Source: an uncultured Rhodoluna sp.
GTDB lineage: Bacteria; Actinomycetota; Actinomycetes; Actinomycetales; Microbacteriaceae
NCBI GenBank assembly: GCA_937898095.1
Contig: CALDKR010000196.1
Coordinates: forward strand, 1-33,158
Direction: 5' to 3'
Length of the DNA: 33,158 nt
Below are positions 31,501 to 33,158 of the stretch, one piece after another. The notes below the pieces were generated by a model, which did not search any database, had not been told where the DNA came from, and was given only the letters and a program-made list of their open reading frames with translations. Numbering within the stretch: the stretch's first letter is position 1; every line of letters starts with the position of its first letter. The position numbers and the translations under genes are program-made.

Positions 31501-33158
31501 TCGCACGGCTGGCTGTGTATGGCGAAATTTCGATAGCGCCGGAGCCAGCGGTGTAGTTCGCGCCCACCGAAATTGTGTCGGTGACGATTGTGATGTCTGA
31601 GTTGCTGCCTGTGGTGTTAACCATTCCATACAGCGAGTTGGTCAAACTCGTGGTTGCGGTGATGCTGACCGGGCCAGCACGAGTTTGATTTGCGTTAGTT
31701 GTCAGAACTTGGTTCAAAACAACCACACCACCGCGCACCGAAATCGAAGCTGCAGTCAGGCTTCGGTTAACTGTGACCGGGCCGGTGTTGCCGTCTTTTC
31801 CGAAAGTGACTGACGAAGCAGTTGAGGCAATCGAAATGCCGTTGTTGTCTAGCGTGGTGCCAAAGTTGTTGGTCAAAGGCTGAATTTTAACTGCGCCAGA
31901 GGTGTTGATGTAGGTCAGTGCACTAGAAGTTGTCGCGCCCAGAATCTTGTCGGCACTGATGGTTATGTCGCTCGTGCTCGAAGTCATTGCAACAGCTGTG
32001 CCGCCGAATGGCGTGACCGAAACACCTGGTGCCGAACCTAGATATGTGTAGTCATAGTTCACATTCACTGAGCGACGGTTGAAGCTGACCCCGTTTGCGT
32101 TTGAGGCGGTGGCTGATCCTTCAATCAAGATTGGACCAGACTTGGCCAAAATCTGAGTGAAGTTAAGCTCGACGCCATCACCAAAGACGTTGCCAGAACC
32201 TAGGCCTGTCGCGTTGCTCTTTCCGACAAGTTTGATTCCTCCGCCAGTGCCAACCGCAGCGATTCGAGCACCCACAGAACCGTTTAGCGTATTCGGCCCA
32301 TAGGTGTAAATTCCTGAAGATGCGGTTGCCGTAGCTTCACTCGCATCACCGACTATGACAATTGCGTCTTCTGAGGTGTTGCCTGAAACAATTGCGTCAA
32401 CATAGCCAACACCGCCGTTGGAGAGATCGATAGCCGAACTGTTAGCCTGGGCGGTCGAAGTCGATTTTCCGAAGATTCCGATGTGGCCGGTTCCTGAATC
32501 AACCGTGAAGTCGCGCATCACGATTCCGCTTTCGCGAGATGATGCGGTCGCGCTCTGTGAACCACGTCCGGCAATAAAGATGTCGCCGTTTTGGCTCAAA
32601 ATTGAGGTGCCGATTTCAACCGTTGCGCCAACGATGTTTGGCTGCGAACCTGAGAGCTCACCGCGCGCGTATCCGTCAGGATATCCGTCGCCCTCAACAG
32701 CAAGCACGCTGCTGATTCCAGATGACGCGCCACCGTCGTCGAGACCTCCGGCAAGGGTGATGCGGCCTCCCGCAGAGGCGAGCTTGTTGTATCCAAGCAC
32801 TGCAACTCGACCAACGCCGTTATTGTCTGAGTCACCCCAAAGCGTGATTGGTCCACCTGCGGTTAGGTACTGACAGCCGCCGAGTGCCTGACACGAGGCA
32901 ATTGCACCCTGGGCAATGGTTGCTGACCCACGGGCCTTGAACAGCAACTTGCTGCTGGAAGTTTCGCTCGAAAGCTTTAGTCCTTGCGAGATGCTGATGT
33001 TTCCGGCATAGAACTCAATTGGTCCGGTTGCGGTCAAGTTCTGAGCAAATGTCATGTCGGCGTTGTTCTGCGCGGCACCATCGCCACCAGACGGTGCCTT
33101 GGCTGCCTGGGCCTTGGTTTGTGTGGCGCCCGACATGACGGCCTTGGTGAAGGCTTGC
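7544..33158 (-). CDS. Giant (>8,530 aa) cell-surface adhesin-like protein, 5'-truncated by the window edge
   Basis: A single 25.6 kb frame with no stop. Upstream of the ATG at 33136 the frame stays open (QAFTKAV) to the edge, and no signal peptide follows that Met. The product is Ala/Thr/Gly/Val/Ser-rich with repeated beta-sandwich modules. Confidence 0.95.
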   Translation of the reverse strand, partial: QAFTKAVMSGATQTKAQAAKAPSGGDGAAQNNADMTFAQNLTATGPIEFYAGNISISQGLKLSSETSSSKLLFKARGSATIAQGAIASCQALGGCQYLTAGGPITLWGDSDNNGVGRVAVLGYNKLASAGGRITLAGGLDDGGASSGISSVLAVEGDGYPDGYARGELSGSQPNIVGATVEIGTSILSQNGDIFIAGRGSQSATASSRESGIVMRDFTVDSGTGHIGIFGKSTSTAQANSSAIDLSNGGVGYVDAIVSGNTSEDAIVIVGDASEATATASSGIYTYGPNTLNGSVGARIAAVGTGGGIKLVGKSNATGLGSGNVFGDGVELNFTQILAKSGPILIEGSATASNANGVSFNRRSVNVNYDYTYLGSAPGVSVTPFGGTAVAMTSSTSDITISADKILGATTSSALTYINTSGAVKIQPLTNNFGTTLDNNGISIASTASSVTFGKDGNTGPVTVNRSLTAASISVRGGVVVLNQVLTTNANQTRAGPVSITATTSLTNSLYGMVNTTGSNSDITIVTDTISVGANYTAGSGAIEISPYTASRAIRIGSLTAGYLSLDQQANTYLLAANLRIGSSAAATAGPVSFSGTFNRATTGRNTLRIFTAGAVTQTAPVTVTNLAIDTDSTINLPLANEVTNLALDSSQAGTSAITYAAKTGTTYTPATVDGVTPKFGTAAGVGLTNVPTSSVATTIYQNVNISPNPIAKIVDLYGIPLALQNTLANGYKITASVESGTGVNLGGTTEVTASGASATFNAAKVTSGLGATTLRFTAAALTGTPALAGDTFSVTGQYNIVSPDPRSIVLDWGTGAITGQAGKPFTTPAVVTLKDLGGNTVSGGDYVNATVTASVRGSNGEIYAGATAQAVNGVATFTNLALGGLVGQSYTVDFSLNVDVSGITQTYTATKTQISLTAGDAYQLKTIAEPTALVAGAAFSPAIKAEIQDRWGNSVAAGASSIKAVLVNRTTGATVQEPANSVTSSQGVASFTSVSFTKAGTYKVKFVDAATTPILLPTTSAEFTISAASPAKAVWASDSIITGGVTRTALAGQPKIEILDQYDNLAVTDSTTSVTVDAVPATTGVGQVNFISGNTKTAVNGVVTFTDVKVGALSTAPAGAYKLIISSASNSNGFTVAPSSVKSNSFTITNGVAASLDVSTAAAGAKAGLAFDTAPAVKVLDVDGGLVLDYTGKVRMTATGFTTVGTAVVDVVNGVADFAGSGVGIAGAEGTATLKFELLDASSQSLTTAITRNQTGLALANGNPFKMVITRQPASSTVAGVAISPSVKVEVRDEWNNLVDDQAVSIVPSLKTVAGAAVANSTMTAVSTSSGVAEFTAISWNTAGDYRLAFTAASLGSTERVINSSVFSVVADVATKLAWLTQPQASIASRALPGTPAVLEVQDQYGNRVTADSSTSVTLQVVAPSGGEVKFSSGRVATAIGGLITFDQLKIGAVAKAGYRLTASATNASLTAPGYSSNFEVTYGAAYELSPSAATLTARAGVPFTSSEQVALLIKDIDGNRVWDASGTVAATVSSAYTLTASVSNTPNETITNGRADYLTNNLTLSGRAGSVTISYKATVGGVDYFATQTATLSAGVSDRLIVKTQPANVIARDPMASVQVAIQDAYGNPVLSETSSIKTELSDPATSSVVSAAGAVNTSVTANSGTATISGLTYDNAGTYRLKFTYVNSSQGAPTVSTVLSNTFVVAPADPAKVAWSTQPGSGQTPEVAIASRGSFGRVPVLAVQDANGNSVVGTTTTTATLEAVSTNPNFAGTIWISGNTESSSGGLITFSNLKVGAPAGTYKLRVATVTNSNTSLTIQKPADSATFDITYGAVNKLAVDTKAGTAAVGTLGQPGYVAAADTARAGMAFTRQPVILIQDADGNTVANSTATIKVEVSGSNSPILFGANNTVSKAAVAGVANFSGAGLGLEAVGGNYALTYSIVGTSTSVQQTGLTVKGGAAAKLSINVQPTDIVAGVAFDNSDSTKTIKVRVLDQWNNLVEDATDSITPALLSSSTNAVLQTKADVAAVNGVATFTGLTFDKAGLRKIKFSSGSLSAAESNDFTISAAAADRLVWVVDPGARITTEVAAGTALGVDPVLALSDQFGNRVTNQTWQVCLKAKKVDSVNTGTIVTPIVGACESTVNGVVTFSNIVLQAQIGSYELFVDTTTLTNALSGAPAVRGGSKSFMAAGLVAPRTAAPTQGEVIASTTVPSTRIDLTFGAADHLDVSGGVRAAGARSGLVFETLPRVIIRDKANNVVSDISTGQIQVTAAGATLSGSVNCDITNGAADFSESQSNINCGVGYTKSMKLSGATGSVTLTYKIINQPQVAPATQTIQLFAGVAKQIVVKTQPADVVAGADFASAVAIEIQDADGNRVSDGVYRGSVKPVLVDTVTGAEDTSKAAVTNDNGAISWLNPGFTKTGSYRLKFVGTATEIGTSNTTPITLDDGVSTAFNITPAAVSKLAFKPFNSLSVADRKAFGQTPTVQVLDQYDNLVTNDTSISSVTLKAIRQSDSTVISGSTAGDYLAGKTVTFPALASNNGQFAFSDLRLGATVGTYKLAIDSITVSGGATIDTTGLSSQFTLTAGDVDHLRRTTDAATAKAGKAFGTQPVVRVEDADGNAVAAAGAQIQMTSTNAEVVGTATVSASSGTATFTNVGLAAAVGSSYSAKFTLVSNATISTTQTSIAITAGDASKLLVSQQPADVVAGAAFASTVTATLTDNWSNPVAQAEAVTPTLVDAASNAAIAGESAKTTVNTNATTGVATFTGLNFTTAGTAKIKFSATLSTGAISVFSNAFTVSPAAPHHVNWSVSPATSGVNRVPMSVAPVLQLRDQYENAITSGYTGSATVTTDLSNTYLANQTKSMANGKFTFDGLTVGGLARTYKLKASTATLTLTKTSDSSTVTVAATAESGSFTQTFGAYNKLAIVTPAAGARSGKAFTTQPVLEIQDIDGNRIASGTGSVADVTMTTSASSTLAASALTTTAGTADFGAAGAPALGISGTAGTYNVTYSAVFNGTTLSVTQSGLALTAGDPYQLRVGVQPGTVRTNSTFDTAPTVQIVDFDGNVVTDHSAITVTASLKQNGSAYAGPYAGNGVTQLTQTATAAANSGVATFSSAKFHTAVGSGFTIEYSASVGGNALVAANTAQFDVISGLAAGLAFVNAPVDVSAGVSYATYVSKTAATDSVPSVKVVDADGNTVLDSTATIAASLIDSSSAAVTSGVTGTSVNVVNGVASFGSFKAGVTAAAYTLSFSTSGLSDLTQAINVTSGVATTAVITSKATSAQSSVTMGNTVIEIRDAFGNAWAHDYGTSTTGTAATAITDISLSGDATLATPTKNTLANGAFTVSALKISGAVSGSPYTITYKVGSPILTSTVTLTQSVALTAGAPVKLTMVNQPGGGFASGSTMPAASRPKVAVADVDGNIVTSVNTGTIAVASVQSGDSVGGTTSVSIANGVAAFDALTFSGKASINHTLRFTSAGYTSVDSSPFSLRHGAVANISFAPADQVYPGLREMVLRGNSSTGYFGTNTVNGPNNDVNYMDREYVANGSTHYSMYNYSAINYSLGIDWYMTQFTGYFKAPTAETYYFRITSDDESYIWMGDSALGNPDPYTATSNMSISNARAYDTYSNPATPGEFAFGFANAGDTVPIRLMFGEAAGGDLLKFEWKGGSQADWTTSLPSSMFFNSCAPNVECVASQEYTGYTLAGEPQGGSITNADLARQPRLVLKDANGNICVSDSSTVVRATVYSGANGAITGTATATAVKGFVKFSGLKLKGTPGVDYTIKFSTATASNPGVSVTSAALQVKHAAADHLTVIAGSATAKSAGTLATPIKVEVRDAFENPINDGDFNGDGVADAAATRTISATATGATLANAGPIDIASDGTATFTALTAAGTAATPYTISLAASGITATGATHELTLTPGAPAKLALATDVQSTVRSGFAMTTAPKVKILDSADNWITDDSTANVTVALVKNGNAGTESPEVSAANGVATFAGLTYSAEALSGGYRLQFKLTSIDDGLGGTTSVSSTAISSSAFSITAGAPTKFEIVNAAASSAQNNAAIRDTAGTGYLKFKITDDAGNQVTTTGEVTVTVSASVRTGQGETGALTSLTGETKTETNGEVEFTNLKLRGKVGNYVLSYSVKVGSTALAAATGTATTSSLALTAGTAHHLNLTQAAGAVNGANFTTQPVVTVEDIDANTVTTATGNAEVTVISANSADVTLAGPSVTAGQTTTNNALSLTTGAADFSATGNELKLTGKVGSYTLRFSAAGLTVDQNLALTVGAPATIAMFTSSPQTTVVTAQALADFKLKVFDASNNLYDLSSSTSTVTAVLQKRDGNGNWANYGTTSYSQQAVNGVVTFSNMTFTETPGSNYRIKFTLDSTSDVVTSLLTINAGAPASMHLTWAPGTPSSGQAFASQPVIEVRDAVGNVLPSAGGATITAALVGSPANATLTTGTTSINGSEQMAWSGMSLAAPIGDYKIRFTASTTNSSDPINGTTVDSSLFTLSHGLANKLEITRSIDAARSGIAAGTQPKITVQDAQGNTVTGLTATAIDATLTDASGNATSAATLTTATSPNTSSGVATFTDVTITGTAGTYRLNYTLNGTQISTFETVTLTAGTAVKIAVEQQPDTTVMTNEVFATAPKVRLLDSAGNLVDTDSSSKATVALVLPDATVETAGAQITASNGYVTFAGLKYLKTPATGFKLQFKLVGSNHTDATQQSRAFEITAGAAASIRWASTSSANDGKPRASVQNNTAIKTSAGGALAIEIIDAYGNLVTADDATTVTASVKTAGGAVTSLTNKTATAVSGSVRFSSLTLRAKVANYVLQFTAANAGKAVNATFVLSDLIELTAGAADHIAATTIAEGAKSGQKFTTQPVIKIFDIDGNVVDSTATITASVAPVSPNTEIATFTNGQSSMAAVAGVANFDSGLLNANRLGLSAKVGTYRVTYSVGAPLGALGSIYQDIYVAPGAAAKIAIVQQMAANTAIVVGEQLSTMPHLEVRDASDNKVTDDNVSTATVKLYKAGSVTSVATSSPVAASNGVIRFTNLSYSELPAADYSLHFKLVGKTGTDTELDSNVFELTHGAADHLEFVTQPGSAQSGIDLAQQPVLRVVDRFGYPVYGSTATSVSVSLLNAASTDVLVATAKSVNSTTALVTFNDVNISAKKGTYKLRFTATNATTGIAINNTYVDSADITLTHGAAHHIGLTTDAAGARAGLEFDTQPVVTIYDSQNNVIETGSDATAGVTVELTGANAASAALLTGRTGTAASAGVARFADQLNGENKKLGLTGTAGTYTLKYTVTGLAPVTQTIELKAGLAFKLGNHQAPTTVAVDTVFDLAPSVKVYDEWNNFVDIDSSSTASVALVSTTGSVRAAAATATALAGVIKFENLKFTSAPANGYKLLFTLTSGANANNASAKVESAAFRITPGEAASMQWVTEPSGARSGLVMTGQPVIQIVDKFGYPVADANTTLAATLTSPLNGLSLTSTATASSATDGRVTFTNLKLTGPASASGYGITFTATNIGAAIDNTTLTTTADVPLSHGIAARLALTAAAESARAGLEFGTQPKLTVVDAQGNRVTDNFTYAGIRHNDAALSIAAAVGNNDPISWLSGTVASPVKSINLAATTGQADFANFGSGASLDAGLLGTANASGTSYTITYSTTTDDSTALTIDQTIVLTAGNPATVDVKSGADPQSTIKTGDVFSPAPAVEVFDAYGNKVLNDSSSQVSVSLVSTTSGGNPTYIFANSFTASAGVVTASGVSFTALPGTYKMKFTLAGGGSVTNSTVITVTHADPAAIELVAATWPTTANSESAMSPAPQFKVVDRFGNQATSDSSTVVTASLSSGTATVTGASATAANGIATFNALKLSGVPGTYRLQFAATWNGATLTGAHPASFELLPGAPDHLDVTVAADQARSRMAIGTLPVIKIMDGANNVVTTSNGQITVELRTQDGTALATAATLSGDVTRDAVNGVVSFSVRDALAQSDDPLVISGAAGFYTLRYTLAAGLNYGQKTFDQAIELTAGLPAALAVATQPVSGKTGDLLVTQPAIQLRDADGNPVLSDNSTDVVASVEGVAVGQTAARTDGEMLTSTYSVRTSAPTKTAVNGVARFTDLQVKGFPGAAYRLKFTVAGISAPVYSQTITFTANDPAALSYLRQPVGGINGELLATSPQLELTDRFGYRLDDSTYYVEAELDPSSGANGSISGVIRKQITNGVVDFDGLKLTGKTAEDYFLVFKVGTAITSPVSGHATSTVVPLKVSPAVASTLTIVTPASGARADAPFDQAPVLEITDFMGNLVTNQSASIVTTATSANGGSTFGIGASTSTTSGSKTITDLGIHGLIGSYTLTYTATITNGPNLVPKVLTETQAIQLAHGTANAISISTQPVGGSMTGDVLNTMPHVAMLDASGNTVTGFANSAVTATLVNADGSAVASATNEYVDASTNSATTASGEAEFTGLKVVGVPGRDYRIKFEISGFTAVNSSIIRVTHAAADHLEVLTAPQAGMKSGQLLSRAPIIAIHDRFNNVVTSDSTSKISAVLSGGANGTLSGTQLLTVTSGVANFSDLALAGKTDETYNLTFKLDGTALETAPSGNLAILAGDPYRLRVSQQPVANRTGDVLVTAPQIKVYDQWDNPVTAHTEIEVGVSITPSTGADAGTVFATSGASTSVRFSNGTATFIGLLVNAKPNVDYALVFDVLNGPSVLSATSSLFRVAPGAAHHIEVVTQPLGGVTGKALAVQPVINVRDVDGNLVNNAGNICVTASIPTGITNAYFATSTGVRSSSEPQVCANDGVISFTDIRFFGSPDDFYKLHFTAVVPAQPSTTNQQGYSEYSLVVDSAQTIQVTSDDPFEFEISTQPVANRTGDNLTTQPVIRVLDRYGNVVKNDETSTFRVALQGANGTLTGAATITDSTNPAYATDVITVVHGVARFTDLNLIGVPQRAYKLVFTGELSGISNRTTVESNTITLVPAAADHVTLVQRAVTAKSGDVLTTQPVLELRDRFENLVYNETNPRAVTASIVDANPVSSSHTAGAMTGSVVANSVAGVFTFSGLSMVGQPGVEYTIKFDAGNDVNFTQQTRVTVTKIADLELAYDDTTYVKDAVIQPRVNTAENPDDYSATAADTLAASQGNGTFTETGAGVPVYSTIPAVSNAVCRVNSASGVVTVTGAGLCTVQKYVPTNSHYLSNTISTSFTIAKATQSPLIFNNASVTEYSKKLVLDVTQPAVGIADLPITTLTYSVRGEGCMVAGSTVFTGQVGDDCVVTVTRPGNDNFLPTSSSQTITTVKTAMAPIELVALRNMHIGETTALHSAGGSGDGAVTYSIINGEGTICSLDTSTNVITALGAGDCDISVSKAASRNYKASPVQGSSLTAPLSAQGTITIAKNIQRVDITSTIPMYPIKSTATVPSVYKVVAVASSGLPVSYSVTTASAGICEITGDTVKFLDDGVCVVEAAQAGNSDYFPATPARQSITVGSLNQTIMFEPLADVFISDASPIVAPISNSGLPVAISLGAASGAGVCAVDATTGLVTLLDAGVCEIEATQAGTTVVPGTNQTVYLPATPVLRQFRVVADLPGSPMITSISTANRAVTATFTVPTYNGGSPITAYELVATPVSDISAGVVRSTACDQPQNSTGYQSCGIYGLVNGVEYTLTVSAINSVGTGLPSPASPVFTPSPSLMAVTNLIAQPDNAGGFTLSWIAPEAIDGEFISYDIYAKLKSATSFSTQSIGTVSSFGVREVTIDSADLPVAPTPTATSTATASPTASTASFSSASVDSTVGRFGRASIRFSAAAVTAPVTTPTPTPTPVATPAYVFKVVTVTTTASTDSTGNSTTAVQTPKVAPGAPTRLNATLTGLKMNVSWGPSTFDGGSVVTRYDVDVNGTSLCVSAVPAKCSLNNLAYGKTYTISVTATNAIGTGEPSVGILTTAAAPSSGGGAPIVTPTPTPTVTPTPTVSPTPTRRPTVRPTPSQSSSSGSNNGSNNGGRPNGGSSATPTGSPSASPSSSESPTDNPTAAPQPGGGDGDGGLGPLLPNWPIITPGQPVADPSIGATGNDSDPSVPFDPLATPEGAAKLADTVGKAAAIAAAMAAAAAAAAAAAAGAARAGRAGARAGGSGSGSGSGGSSEGGSLATVDAAHEEYELRRRGRADRWKIWRRRFMNWLDRPSIKAIVTSARFSPLLSRILVDGAYLRAIAGGFSLLPTLATAALAIAGLAINGDHVAPPAWQLFLAIAILGIFDTFAGLVGTAIFVLGSIAMHGYILGLDDIRMLLGVIIVGYGPALLANAFRAFRRVPDEEDSYWWERIIDLAVLPFIAGWSTSAMISTLPALAGVTLSVANHVNDFALAVAAAVAIRVVAEEAVARVAPRRLDRLHPTVVAETVPIQKWTSVALRLATFVFVTAALMGEDWRVVVGSILFVLPTVIGFYAERFPNFPWIWRIMPTGVPGLALTLIVATLTTELVNSWFGPTADLVYWSFALLPIPMLALSLLGMIGRHGNDGEVRLLRRPGFAWIYRIGGVVMFIVTLKLAGII
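7547..8570 (-). other. C-terminal polytopic membrane domain of the giant protein (about 10-11 TM helices)
   Basis: Successive hydrophobic segments counted by eye, from GFSLLPTLATAALAIAGLAI to WIYRIGGVVMFIVTLKLAGII, with Arg-rich loops. Confidence 0.8.
8755..8899 (-). repeat. Poly-Ala tract followed by RAG and GS low-complexity linker
   Basis: KAAAIAAAMAAAAAAAAAAAAGAARAGRAGARAGGSGSGSGSGGSSEGG, encoded by mixed GCN codons and near-tandem 6-mers. Confidence 0.9.
9050..9345 (-). repeat. Pro/Thr/Ser/Gly-rich stalk (PT repeats), including a perfect 12-bp tandem duplication
   Basis: VTPTPTPTVTPTPTVSPTPTRRPTVRPTPSQSSSSGSNNGSNNGG; CCATTGTTTGAA occurs twice in tandem at 9186-9209. Confidence 0.9.
9365..10420 (-). 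other. Three fibronectin type III domains
   Basis: PGSP..FTVPTYNGGSPITAY..GLVNGVEYTLTVSAINSVGTG; VTNL..LSWIAP..SYDIY; PGAPTRL..VSWGPSTFDGGSVVTRY..NLAYGKTYTISVTATNAIGTG. Confidence 0.88.
10420..11878 (-). repeat. Five ~90-110 aa Ig-like repeats, each with a Cys pair
   Basis: Recurring pattern V/IC.v.....vt...aG.C.v.a...gn..Y/F, in the pairs VCRV..GLCTV, GCMV..DDCVV, ICSL..GDCDI, ICEI..GVCVV and VCAV..GVCEI. Confidence 0.8.
11878..31120 (-). repeat. Array of about 53 diverged ~117-aa bacterial Ig-like (Big-1/invasin-like) repeats
   Basis: Hand-counted recurring consensus G.a.kL.v.tQP.......f...P.v.v.D..gN.v...a.nGva.F.gl.l.g..g.Y.l.f. The Ig fold is inferred from the pattern. Confidence 0.85.
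22040..22640 (-). other. PA14/GLEYA-like carbohydrate-binding domain inserted in the Ig array
   Basis: PGL at the start, then FTGYFKAPTAETYYFRITSDDESYIWMG and PIRLMFGEAAGGDLLKFEW, the hallmark PA14/GLEYA segments including the SDD motif. Confidence 0.85.
31120..33158 (-). other. Filamentous-haemagglutinin-like beta-solenoid region (partial)
   Basis: Short recurring turns of the form s.gG.I.l.G: GGPITLWG, AGGRITLAG, QNGDIFIAG, GTGHIGIFG, GGGIKLVG, KSGPILIEG. The fold is inferred. Confidence 0.6.

Noticed and set aside
7641-32873. Dozens of 60-180 aa ORFs within or antisense to the giant gene
   Set aside because: These are shadow ORFs expected from GC-rich, codon-biased sequence. They have no recognisable motifs and overlap a clearly real CDS entirely.
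33134-33136. ATG at 33136 as the true start of the giant protein
   Set aside because: The frame is open upstream to the window edge, and there is no SD, TANNNT element or signal peptide. It is most likely an internal Met.

Overview
The window is about 55-60% GC and looks actinobacterial; the gene set and TANNNT leaderless-type promoters suggest a Microbacteriaceae/freshwater Luna-type organism, which is inference only. The first 7.1 kb is housekeeping: a cbs-metB-Bcr/CflA MFS-YdeN hydrolase-saccharopine dehydrogenase-like run on the minus strand, and a divergent mntH. The remaining 26 kb is one uninterrupted minus-strand gene of more than 8,530 aa that stays open past the window edge. From N to C it encodes an FHA-like beta-solenoid region, about 53 diverged Ig-like repeats in a clear A-B-C triplet super-repeat, and a low-GC PA14/GLEYA-type lectin domain inserted inside one repeat. 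These are followed by five two-Cys repeats, three FN3 domains, a Pro/Thr/Ser stalk, a poly-Ala segment and a C-terminal domain with about 10-11 TM helices; there is no LPXTG. A small secreted, membrane-anchored protein with DxDxDG Ca-binding repeats directly abuts the giant gene. This giant adhesin, with its polytopic anchor and Ca-binding partner, is the best candidate for an undescribed system. No rRNA, tRNA, CRISPR or mobile element was seen.
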